The translations under genes were made by a program, and so were the position numbers. Below are positions 35,500-46,753 of a stretch of 46,753 nucleotides of DNA, in pieces. Positions within the stretch are counted from its first letter, which is position 1, and the number at the start of each line of letters is the position of its first letter. The stretch covers positions 48,860,053 through 48,906,805 of the forward strand of contig JBOZIK010000001.1 in the NCBI GenBank assembly GCA_051453625.1. The letters run 5' to 3'. A model generated the notes under the pieces. It saw nothing but the letters and a program-made list of their open reading frames with translations. It was not told the DNA's origin and did no database searches. The stretch comes from Welwitschia mirabilis (Eukaryota).

Positions 35500-38430
35500 A
35501 GAGAAACTATCTTTTAGGTGTGATTAGTATCATGTGATAGATTTTGATATTAATACTCCATTTTTTTAGCCATTTGTTTCCTTCATAAAATTAATTATTA
35601 TTTTAAATAGCCTAGAAATCATCCTTTAAAAATTTGGTAACTTTAATGCTTTTCATCTTTTAAATACAAGCAATAAATTTAGATATTGCTTCAAACTCTA
35701 ATATAAAGTTTAAATTTAAACTTGAAATCATATTAAAATAAATTTTTGATGAATTATTTATATTTATTTTGATGGTTTCACTAGTAATTTTAACCCCTTT
35801 ACTAGATAAGCATAAACAATTATATAAACAACAATTCTTAGATAAGATATTTTCAAACTTTTCTAGTTTAAATACCTTTTTTTTTTAACACTCATTTCTT
35901 AAATAATAAAGATCCTTGTACTACTCGACATTCTTTCATGTACATACTTACTCCATTCATAGTTGCTGAACTAATGAAGTCCTACATGTTTTTAAAAAGA
36001 AACCAATGTCACTTGTTTATTTCAAAGCTCAAATTTATAATTTATTTTTTTGTTATCATAACACATGATCTTAGTCTTAGCCACATTAATTTTCAATACT
36101 AATAAGTTATAAAACTAATTTAAAATTTTCAACAAATAATGCACTATTAATAATAGGGATGTTAGCTCTTCAAAATAAGAGTTATATTAGATGCGAAATG
36201 CTCCTCCTTTCAATTTTATTATAGTGAAATTCTTATCATTCTACTTTGACATATTCAATTGTCATGGAATCGACTGCTTTAGATTCAGCACCTCTGACAT
36301 TTTTGGCTCCATATTCTCAGTGTGCCATAGGAGAATATTTCTGTGATAATGAAATGCATGCTATTACTAGAACAGGGAAAGAGTTAGCCATACAAATGCT
36401 CCAACATTTAAGTAAATGCATGGGCTAGAAAGTGAGAAAAGTAAAGCGTGTCGCATAAGGGTATATGTTGGTAGTTATAGGGTAGTATATGGAGAAAAGC
36501 ATTTATATGTGGTAGTTGGATATAGGTTGGTCATTTGCTTCATCAAAATCTATACTACAAGCATTTATTCATCAACCACCAAGTAACTAATCATACCTCT
36601 CTTTTATACGACATCCCTGGCTCGCGTGTCATGTCATTCTTATCATTCTGTTATAATACGAGTTTTACCTTTTTAAAATAAGAGTTATATTAATGTGCAT
36701 TTACAATATTATTTAATTCAGTTTATCTTCACTCTATTGTAGAAGCTTTTAATAATCTTATTATTCTACATGCTTATGCATGAAATTTCTATTGCCATGA
36801 AATAAAAGCATATGTAACTCTCTATTGCTTTCTTTTCTTTTAATGATAACCACTAATTCAATAAAAAATGCCATATGAAATAAGATTTTAAAATTATATT
36901 AAAAATATGCATTAATTTAAAAATGTAATCAAAATTTATTTTTCATTCATTAATATAAAAGAAAATATAAAGCTAAGAGAAATAAAAAGCTAGTAAAAGG
37001 ATGAATGGTTATGTATTTATGATATTCTAGTACAAGGCTACAAAATATGAATGACATCTTCTTCTCACTTGTTTCTTAATAATAGAATCTTTTTTGAGTC
37101 TAATGAACTTAGGCCTCTTATAAATGCTCTCTAATTTAATGTGTAAAGAGAGATGACATTTAGAAACTATTGAGTCTTTCCATCTTTCCATTATGTATTT
37201 TTATGATTATTATCAAATTTATTTCTAATAGTAATCTTGATAAATATTGTTATCCTAGCATCTATCAATTCTATATAGAAAAATATCAAAACTCATTTTA
37301 TTTAAAGTTTACTTTAAAAAACTTAAATTAGAATCTAAGTGTGCTACCATTATGTTTTATTTGTTTACACATTAACACATGTAAAAGGGTCCAAATTAAA
37401 GTAAGAGTTAAAATATATCACTTTTAACACATTTTAGTTTGTAAGCAAAGACTTAGTATGAAATGTTAAAGAGGAGATGAGAACTAAAATTAAAATTTAC
37501 ACCCCTCTAACTCTAGTATAAATTATTTATGCGATATATATGTAGCATGCTAAGCTTAATATAATTTATTTGATTTCATTAACATTGTGTGGCTAGTAGT
37601 TTATTTATATAAGCATTTATGTCTTAACAAACATGTTTTTAAATTTTATTCCTTTTACAAAGATTGAAAGAAAGTATAAATATTTTAAGATTTTATAATA
37701 ACTAGCGTCCTAAATGTACAAAAGTTTTAAATAATTAGAGGATATAATATAATAAGATAATTATGTAAATTAAAAGGTAGAAATGGAAAATAGAGACTTA
37801 TGCAATAAATGGGATGAAAAAAAAAAAAGGAATTAGAAGAGCTTGAATACAAATTTAAAAAAAAAAAAAACCTCAAAATTTAGGCAAATAGAGAAGGTCA
37901 TATACATTTTCTTTTATTACACTCAATGTGAATATTAAAAAGATACTTGGAAAGAATCAAAAAAATAAAAAATAAAACATGTTCTTCATCTTCAATGGCA
38001 TATGATGTACATAATTAATAGTTTTATTGTCCTTATGATGTGTTACTTCATTTACTTGTTTTACACCTTCAAATAATAAGAATCCATCCTCACTTTACTA
38101 ATTAAATGTTAAATTTCAATGGTGAAGAATTTCAATGATGTATCTATTTATCATAATTTTACTTTTGATTTTTTCAAAATAAAATTTCGGTTTCTATTCT
38201 AAGCTAGAGAAAATAATTTGTAATGATTTTTAGAGAAACAATGCCTTTAATGTGATTATAATGATATGATAAATTATTGATATTAATATTTCATTTTTCT
38301 AGCTAGTTGTTTTTCCATAAACCCATCCATTTTTTAGACAGCTTTTAAAAATCCTTTGAAAATTTGGTATCTTAAAAAAAATTATCTTTCAACTATAAGT
38401 TAAAAAACTAAGATATTACTTTAACCTTCC
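35500..38430. repeat. Diverged ~200-bp direct repeat pair (~35500-35700 and ~38230-38430)
   Basis: Shared blocks in the same order: GAGAAAC, TGTGATTA, TTGATATTAATA, ATCCTTT.AAAATTTGGTA, AGATATT.CTT. Confidence 0.6.
36243..36366 (+). pseudogene. atp1: Nuclear copy of a mitochondrial ATP synthase alpha fragment (NUMT)
   Basis: [39 protein letters not shown] matches mitochondrial Atp1 [45 protein letters not shown] and DN.MHA fit the mitochondrial better than the plastid form. Confidence 0.9.
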
Positions 38431-39149
38431 AAAGTAACATATTATTAGAATTTTGGAACAAATATTCTTGATATAATATTCAAGATTAATATAGAAGTGT
38501 AATTATTCTATTACGAGAGTTACAAAGGGGAAAAAACTTCTATCAACAAACTTTTATTAGCAAGGTTCTATCAGCAAACTTTTATAGGTGGTAATTGGTT
38601 AGGTTGGTCGCCTAAACATCACTAGATAATGGATAATTAATATTAGTTAAATGTCCTTTTAACGGTTGGACTTTAACTGGATTTGACTTGGTCTAACTTG
38701 CGTCTGAGCATGAAATTCACATAGGTTGAGGATTATAACAGCTTATTGTTTGTTTAATAGTGCTTTTGACTAGGCAAAGGTTTGAAGTGATCAAAATAAT
38801 AGGCTAAACATTAGTGAAACATGCTAAACCATTATTTTAGATATACAATGCATTATATGTACATATATGTGTATATATTTGTACCTTTCCATTTTTTTCT
38901 TTTTATACAAAAAGCCTATGCAATTAGTAGCCTATTTAGGAATTTGACTAGGTCTCGTCATTACACATTTAAGAATTTTAATTAATGACTTAATCAGTAG
39001 TTATGTATGATTAATAAATTTCACAATATTCGCGTAACCAATAATAACACAATGAAAGAATCTTAAATAAAAGAAACTAAAATTTTAAATTGAATACCAA
39101 GGAGAAACTTGAAAAAAAAACTAAAAAAATAAATTTTTATTATGTTTAA

Positions 39150-42100
39150 AGACCTAAAGGATTTATTGAATAGAGGAAATGATCATGTCATGAAATACAA
39201 AGATAGATTCAGTAAAGTGGCCAACAACCACTAGATGCAATATGAAAAAATCAAAGAGATTTCTTCTAGTGATATTAAATTTTTTTTCTTATAGGTTCTG
39301 TAGTAGTACAAAAAAATAAAACATATCCTTTGCCTTCAATTATCCTAGATTACACAATCCACATGCTATTCCATCTTTCACTTTTGATTTTGAGACAATG
39401 AAAACTTAATCAAGCTTTACTAATAAGGCTTTGCATCTTCATTGGCATTTTTGCTATATGATAGTGAACTAGTAAATCAAATTGATTATGGTGAATTTTC
39501 TCAAAATAAAACTTCTTATTGACTTATACATTTGTCTATAATTTTATTAGAACATGTTTCTTCCTGAAACTATAAATCTTAATGAAATTGATTTGGACAT
39601 TCTCCTAAGAAATATTCCATGTTTTTAGCCATTGCATTCCCTGAAAATACCATTCTTTCTCTTTTGTAGTTTTAAGAATTACTCATGAAATTTTTAGTTG
39701 CTCTGCTTCCATTAGCTTTAAAGTGTAAGCATAAAACTGACACATGGCTTTGGCTTTAATACCTAAAAGATTACATTATAACAACATCATAGGATAAGGT
39801 ATTTGAATCTTTACCTTAAGTTCATCTAGTAAGAAAAATTTCTGCACTCTGTCAATATCTTTCCAATTTCTTTCACTTATAGCTAGCCTCCAAACTGGGC
39901 ATCTATACAAAATAGTGGGATATATGATGGATTGAAAAACTTTTTTATGAACTTGCCAAGCCCAAATCCCCGTTGAACTACATTTATTTTTTATAGCATA
40001 GAAAGCTTTAGTTTGATCTTCTATCCTCTCTTTAATCCATTTGTCCCATATATAGTTATTGAAATAACAAAAACCTAAGCATCAAAAAGCTTATGCTATT
40101 TTGATTTTCTCCCCATTGAATTTAAAATCAAATTAGGTATTCTTGGTGCTCTAAATTATTAATCTAGTTTTTTTTGGTATTTACTATCAAACTAAAGGAT
40201 TGACAAAAAAATTTCAATTTTGAAGCATGTTTTTCATACTTGTTTCTAAAGTAGAAATCAAAATTGCATCATTTGCATAAAAGAACAATTAGGCTATCAA
40301 TAATTCCATCTCAACAACATTTAGGTTCTTTGAAGAGCCAATCTTGTAACTCATTAATGAAGAGGCCAAAGAGTGTTGAAGAGAGAGGGCATCCCTGTTT
40401 TACTCCTATTATAGTGCAAAACCCAAAACATCTTTTTTAGTCAAAGTCTTTTGTTTCAATTATAACCTCTTCATATAATCTTTGAATAGCAGCAACAAGA
40501 TCAAGAGGGATTTCAATGTGATTGAGCCACATCCATAATTTTATACGTTCATTGAATCAAAAGCTTTTAAAAAATCAATAAAACAAAACATAAGTTTTTT
40601 GTTTAGCTTTTTTGCAAAATCTAGGCAATGCCTCAGCATAAGCAAATGATCAATAGTGGAATTATTTTGGTGAAAACTTGCTTGAAAATTTATTCTAATA
40701 TTATTGTCTTCTTCCCATTTCAATCTTCTGTTCAAGAAGTATGCCAAAAAGCTTTACAAAAACATTACTTACTATTATCATTCTATAATTATTTAGGTCA
40801 TTCTTGTCTTTTTTATTGAATAGCAAAATTGACTTGCTTGTTGTCCATTCCCAATTCAATCCATTTGCTACTATAAAATTCATTTTTTTTCAAATTTCTT
40901 TGTGAATTAAATATTTAACTCACTTCATTAGCTCAGTGTATAAACTAGTTGAATTCATGACTTTTTCATTAGCTAATCTATTAATGTCAGCTAAAACATC
41001 TTCAAAGGTAAATTGAAAAGGATTTTGAAGATTAACAATAAAGCTTTTCTTACCTATGTCTAATTTTTTTTTTGTGGGAAAAATCACATATTGCAAGAAA
41101 AGACAAATTTATAGTTGGAGATTCTTAGCACTACAAAGAATTCCAAAATTTCTTAGGATCCCTTTTGATCATGCAAATGAAATTTTCTTGTTTATCTTTG
41201 ATAAATTGTCTCTTTTTACTTCTAACAAGGATTTTGTATCTTTTTGTTACTACTTTCCTTTGATCTTTATCTTCTGTTTTAATATTTTTCTTACATATAT
41301 ACATTCATTATCAACCCAAGAATTTTGAGTGCATTAAATCTTTTCTTTTGAAAGTTTCAGCAACTGCATTCAGTAGAATTTTTTTCAAAATTTTTAATTT
41401 GTCTTTGAGATTTAATTTTATACAACCAGTTTAAATTCTTCTTTTGCCTCCAATCCTATTCTTATCTAATGGTTTTTCTTCTTTCACTTTTTATTCTTAT
41501 GTAAATTTAAAGTAATTTCTATCACAAACTCCAAATGATGATGGCATGATTACACTAAGTAATTACCTACTCCAAAATCCTTCATAAACTGTACATCCTC
41601 AAAAGAAGAAATAAGGAAATCAATACATGAATTTCCTTGGATCCCTATAAATGTAAAATTTTCAAATCTAGGGAATCTGTCTAAGCCATTACAAATCAAT
41701 AAATCCATCATCTTTGTCCATTCTAGAAAATTTTTTCCAAATGTATTAAATGTTTTATCAGCAGAGTGTCGAGACAACTTTAAATTAGAAATCACATCTA
41801 TTTCACCATTCTTATGATACCATTGTATAAGATTTGTTTGTTCTAATCCAACTTGAGTATTAGATATTCACAAATGAAAACCTTTACTTTTATTCGAAAA
41901 TATGCAATATCTTCTTCTAAATGCTAGAAAGGAAAATATTTAAGTAATCCTTTGATAGTATAAATAGATGATTATTTGGGAGAAAAATAACAAATAGCAA
42001 GATAAATATAGTCCTAATGGTGATAAATTTTCAGCCAATATATTATTTATGTTGATCCACCTTTTCAAGTTTGACAATATGCTCTAGAGAACTTCAAATG

Positions 42101-42475
42101 AGACATGCAATGCCTTATACGAGTCTACCTCTTCTACCTATTCTACTATTTTTTGCATAGATAATACTAAAATTTGGAATAGCAAATTACTCAGATCCAT
42201 CATCTTCCCAAGTTTATATAAATCCAAAAATATCAAAATTATTAAAGAAAATAATGCTATTTAAATAAAAAATCTTATTCATAATTCCTCCATCAATGTT
42301 TAAAACTCCACAATGCAAAGAATTTATGTGTTTTTCGAAAAACTTTAATACTTAATTACTACTCTATTTCGTTCATTAAAATATGCAAACTTATCTTTTT
42401 TGTGTGCCTTTTTCACTTACTGTCATTTTCTTTTCTTTTTGAAAAAGTATATATATTAATCTTGAAAATATACAT
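39150..42475 (-). mobile_element. Non-LTR retrotransposon (LINE) ORF2, RTEX/RTE-like, degenerate
   Basis: APE endonuclease NFDIFGFI*TWED (~42200-42245) and NSCIDF; RT NNYRMI, FCFIDFLKAFDS, GVKQGCPLSSTLFGL (~40365-40410), YANDAIL, LIVNTKKT, PTILY; a C-terminal Cys/His remnant (~39550-39600). Confidence 0.88.
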
Positions 42476-42753
42476 CAGGGGGCGAAAATTCCCAGGAATA
42501 ACATGATGATTAAACTGTTCAGAAAAAGAGAAGAAGTCCACTAGCTGGTAAAGGAGGAACTGAGAAATAGGAAAAAATGGGGGTGAAACCGTCCCTTGAC
42601 GACATAGTCATAGGGAACTGCCTATTTAGAAGAGTAAAAGGATAAAAAAAGAAAAACATAGTACTACTAATAGACTAGGGATGAAAATGCCCCATCAGAT
42701 TTGAAGTTACAAAAAACTCAGTTTTAGTAAGGAATAGACCTAAAGGGGGAAGA

Positions 42754-43041
42754 TTAAAGCCCTCTATAGAATGGAAACATGTTACGATGATTATGGTCAA
42801 GAAGGAATCTACCCAAATCATCAAAGAGGATCTCAAACGCTTGATTTATCTCCTTAAATTCTTTAGCACCTACTAAATTTTTATCTGGATGTAGGTGTAG
42901 GGCTTTCTTCCTGTAGCTAACTTTAAGGATCTGAAGGAAGGCTCTATGAAAGAGTCCTAATGTGATAAAGAGACATCTCTTCAGCCCTTGAATGGTTGGC
43001 AGTACAACCTCCCATCTAGCAGCATTTATGTTAATGTCCTT
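42754..43041 (-). pseudogene. DnaJ J-domain-coding segment in a stop-interrupted intronless frame
   Basis: 95 open codons including CLFITLGLFHRAFLQILKVSYRKKALHLHPDKNLVGAKEFKEINQAFEILFDDLGRFLLD, with HPD at 42883-42891. The same frame upstream is S/P/Q-rich with TAA/TAG/TGA stops. Confidence 0.82.
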
Positions 43042-43276
43042 TTATGGTTGAGGTTGGATTTTGACTGATGAAGAATCTGAAGTGGAGTTCTATGGAGAGC
43101 TTGGGCCTAAGGCTGAAGTAGGGGAGGTTTGAACATGCCTACCTCACTTTTGACGATTGGGTAACGGTTGATCCTANNNNNNNNNNNNNNNNNNNNNNNN
43201 NNNNNNNNNNNNNNNNNNNNNNNNNNNNNNNNNNNNNNNNNNNNNNNNNNNNNNNNNNNNNNNNNNNNNNNNNNNN

Positions 43277-45050
43277 CTAAGTCATTACGAATCAAGAAAT
43301 CCATTGCCTTTGTCTATTCCTATAATTTTTTTTTTGGTTGTATTAAAAGTTTTATTAGTAAAGTGTCAAGACGAATTTAGAATAAAAATCACATCTATTT
43401 TGCCCTTCTGATGATGCCATTGTATAAGGTCTATTTGTTACAATCCAATTCAAGCATTGAAATCTTCACAAATGAAAACCTTCCATGTTGTTCAAAAATC
43501 TATAGTATCTTCTTCTAAATATTAAAAAGGAAAATCTTTAGATAATCCTATGCTGGTATAAACAGATGATTCTCTAAGTGCAAAATAACAAATAATAAGA
43601 TGTAATGAATTTTCAGCCAAATATGTTATTTGTATCAATCAACCTTTTCAAGTTTGACAATATGCTCTAGGGAACTTCAAATGAGACATGCAATGCCTCC
43701 TGTCAGTCTACCTCTTCTACACGCTCTATTATGTTTTGCAATGAAAGTACTAAATTTCGAATATAACAATGCTTAGACTATTGTCTTCACAAGTTTCTAC
43801 AAATCCAAAAATATCAAAACTATTGAAGAAACAATGCTATTTAAGGAAACAATCTTGTTTGCAATTCCTCCATCAATGTTTAAAACTCCATAACATAAAT
43901 AATTTATCCATTTTTGAAAAACTTTTATCCTTAATTACTGTTATGTTCTGTGCATTTAAATATGCAAACTTACCTTCTTCGTGTGCCTTTTTTACTTTTT
44001 GCCATTCTTCAGACCTTCTGAAGAGTTTTATTTTTGTCAAATCCTCAATAATTCATATTTTATTTTTCTTTAAGATTATTGGAATTATGCCAAACCTTGT
44101 CGTTTGTAAAAAATCTCAAAATCAGATGAGGATATGACGAGGCTTTTCTCATTTTTAGCCGATTCTAAAAGCATATTGAAATGGTTGCTTTGAAATGTGC
44201 ACTTCTTCACAGAAAAAATGAGGAATATCAGTTATCAAATCTTCTTCATCTTTTAAAAGGAGCTCCATCAATTGTAGGCTAAAGCTTTTTCTGCTTTTTC
44301 TTATTTTTCTTTCATGGCTTCACACATTATAGTACTTCCATCTACTTTATCCTCAAGTTTAGTATTAAACCGAGCAAAAACTTTAAGGAGACAAAATGGA
44401 AGGAGAGGAGAAAAATATTTTGCCACACATAAAGAAACCATTACAATGGCTTTATTTAAAATATGAATAATCCTAAATTAATAAATACAAACAAACTCTA
44501 AGAAATTTGGAGATTAGAAAACAAACAATAAAATTAGAGATGCCAAAACTTGCAAACTGGCAATAAATTCTCCAACATGTAGATTGAATAGAGCATAGCT
44601 TTTCTTTTAACGTCTCAAATTTTGAGGAACCTTCTAATTTCTGTTTAATATTTGTATTTTATGTTGATACCTCAGAAATCTTTAAGGATTGTTGTGAGAG
44701 AACTTGGATCTACACATTTAAACCCTGAATGATTATTTCCATTCTGATTTTGGAATTGTTATCTCTGTCATTTTCCAAGGAGACTCCAAGTCATCAATGT
44801 TGTCTTCAATGATTGAATTGATCATTTTTGTTTTTTGCTTGGCTTTCTTCAGCATTCAACATGGTTGATCAAATTTTTTGGAGATAGTTCCTTTCGTCTT
44901 ATTTCCGTTTCTCTTTAAAAAAATGGAATGGTAACGTTTCTCACTCATATCAAGAAAAATGAGGGCAATTCAACTCTGCAATAAGATTTGATCCTTTGGA
45001 AATCTCTAAGCTTCAATTTCAAGATTGTCTTTATAGTGTTCGTCCTATGG
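43277..45050 (-). mobile_element. Second copy of the same LINE family: ORF1 and the endonuclease start
   Basis: ~43385-44005 is colinear with ~41785-42430. The ORF1 remnant reads AFRIG..EKPRHILI.F...LKKNKI*IIEDLTK..RRSEEWQKVKKAHEEGKFAY. Confidence 0.8.
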
Positions 45051-45279
45051 ATATTTTGTAAATGGAATGTTCTTCCTAGTGGAGGCAATGACGGGTTTGC
45101 TTTGAATTAAATAAAGGAGAAACTAAACTGTCTCCCAACTCTTAATAAATTTATGTACATCATGCATTGGGGTGAGGACATGTGGTTTCAAACTTGTGGT
45201 GTGCATTTCAGCTGTACACCTCATTTAATATGAAATAGAAAGTTGTTTAGCCTGCTTCTTAAATAAATAAAAAGGAAAG

Positions 45280-46650
45280 AAGCGGAGAGGTGATGTGAGA
45301 ACTCGAGTGTGAATGAATGAGTGTGCATCCGATGACCAAAACGAAGTGGCGCACGTGTAATGTCTATTGAAGTCACGTGGTTGTGGTTATAGCAGGAAAT
45401 ACGAGTCCTTACAAAAAGATGATTTGAAAGACGAGCAAGCAAAAGCATGTGATTTACAGTAGAGAATGAAGTAAAGGTAACTTGGTATTGAGAATGGTGC
45501 AGACACCGAGACTTCAATCCTTCAAAGCACCCTTTTAAAATTTCTTTGCAGTCCTCCTCTACTCTTATCTTTGGCCGTCTCGCTTGTGTAAACGTTGCCT
45601 CTTAGTTCGTAGGAACCCCTGTTTCAAGCACTCTGTATCTCTTTCTTGTGTGCTCTTTTCTTGGATGCCCTCTGTTTTTTCTGTTTTCTGTTCTGCTTTT
45701 GATTCCCTGCCTCTCCCTAACTCTGTTGCTGCTTCATCGAGCTCCCCCGTTTCCTCAGTGCACCTCCCTTGTTTTTTTTTTTATTACACCCTTCTCTCTA
45801 TCATCAGGTTCCCCCGTATCCGTCTTTCGGCTCCTTTTTCTTTCTTTCTTTTTTCCCCCTTCTATGATTCAGTCTTCATTGAGAAGGAAGCTACTTAGCC
45901 CCCTTCTGCCAGTCTTATCTTCTATGACGTTGTTGAAAAGACTGAAGCGCAGCCCTGTTGACTTCTGTGCCCTAGCTTTGCTATGACGTCGTGTTCTACC
46001 AGCGTCCTCCATGCTTGCCGATCACCTTTTCTGATCGCATCCTTCTTTGCAACTGTTGATGCTCCCCGCTGGCCGCCGTTTGTTCTGCTGCATCTTCGAT
46101 TGGCTCGTGTCTCTGATCCACTAGCATCCTCTGACGCAGTCTTCTCTAGCTGACTGTTGGCCTGTGTCCTCTCTTCCTGTGTTCTGGCTGTAATTCTTTA
46201 GCCTCTTCTGTGCTGCGCGGCTCCTTTATGTGTGCTGGCTCTTTAACTGCACTAGTCGTGCTTCCTGTGACCACTGGTTCCCTCTTAGCACCTCTGTTCC
46301 TGCGGTTCATGTGGTTTGTGCTGGCGTCCCCTCCGTAACCATCGATCACTGCAACACCTCTTTAACTGAGCTGCCCTCAGTTTTCTTCTGGCGTTGTGTT
46401 GGTGTTCGTGCTGTCGAAGCTGTGTTAAAATGCGTTGTAGCTGATTGACTGCTAGCTCTCTCTTCATCCCTTACATCTTCTAACGCTTCCTTGCTGTTTG
46501 AATTCTGCCTTTTGTCCCCTATTTTTCTTGGGGTCCCCTATTTTTGCCTCCTGCTTTCTGCCAATCCCATGCTGCAGCATATGCTCTTATTCACTTCTAG
46601 CTCATTCCGATATGCCGCATTCCGTGTGCGTAGGGATTTGTGTTGACGTG
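45280..46650. other. CpG-rich island of unknown function, pyrimidine-skewed on the + strand, with two G-boxes at its left edge
   Basis: CACGTG at 45352-45357 and 45374-45379; many intact CpGs compared with the flanks; no credible ORF. Confidence 0.5.
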
Positions 46651-46753
46651 TAAAATATTCTATACAGTTATTGAAATTAGTGGGTTGGTTACGAAAAAGG
46701 AAGTGGTTATTAAGTTAGTGGGTCTGTTACAAAAGAAGAAGAATTGTTATTTC

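Noticed and set aside
38480-38850. MITE-like segment with a short duplication (TTCTATCARCAAACTTTTAT x2)
   Set aside because: No convincing terminal inverted repeats or TSD.
45221-46467. Short overlapping ORFs in the right-hand island
   Set aside because: Low-complexity products on both strands caused by base skew; no recognisable domain or consistent exon structure.

Overview
AT-rich, repeat-dominated plant nuclear DNA with several N gaps. About 1-27.7 kb is nested, decayed LTR retrotransposons: two Sirevirus-type Copia elements with env-like ORFs in opposite orientations, three Tekay/Del-type Gypsy remnants and an internally deleted Ale-type Copia. The one convincing host gene is on the minus strand at 31381-31880. 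It has two coding exons and encodes 107 aa with a D-box (RSPLRDISN) and a C-terminal LRRGFR tail, and its promoter carries MSA and CHR-like cell-cycle motifs, which suggests a small mitotic APC/C substrate or regulator. The ORF track misses this gene. Further right are a tRNA-derived element, a probable MULE relic, a mitochondrial atp1 fragment bracketed by direct repeats, two copies of an RTEX-like LINE, and an intronless DnaJ J-domain (HPD intact) between them. A second CpG-rich island lies near the right end. All calls come from reading and hand-translating the sequence; no searches were run, and the boundaries of degenerate elements are approximate.
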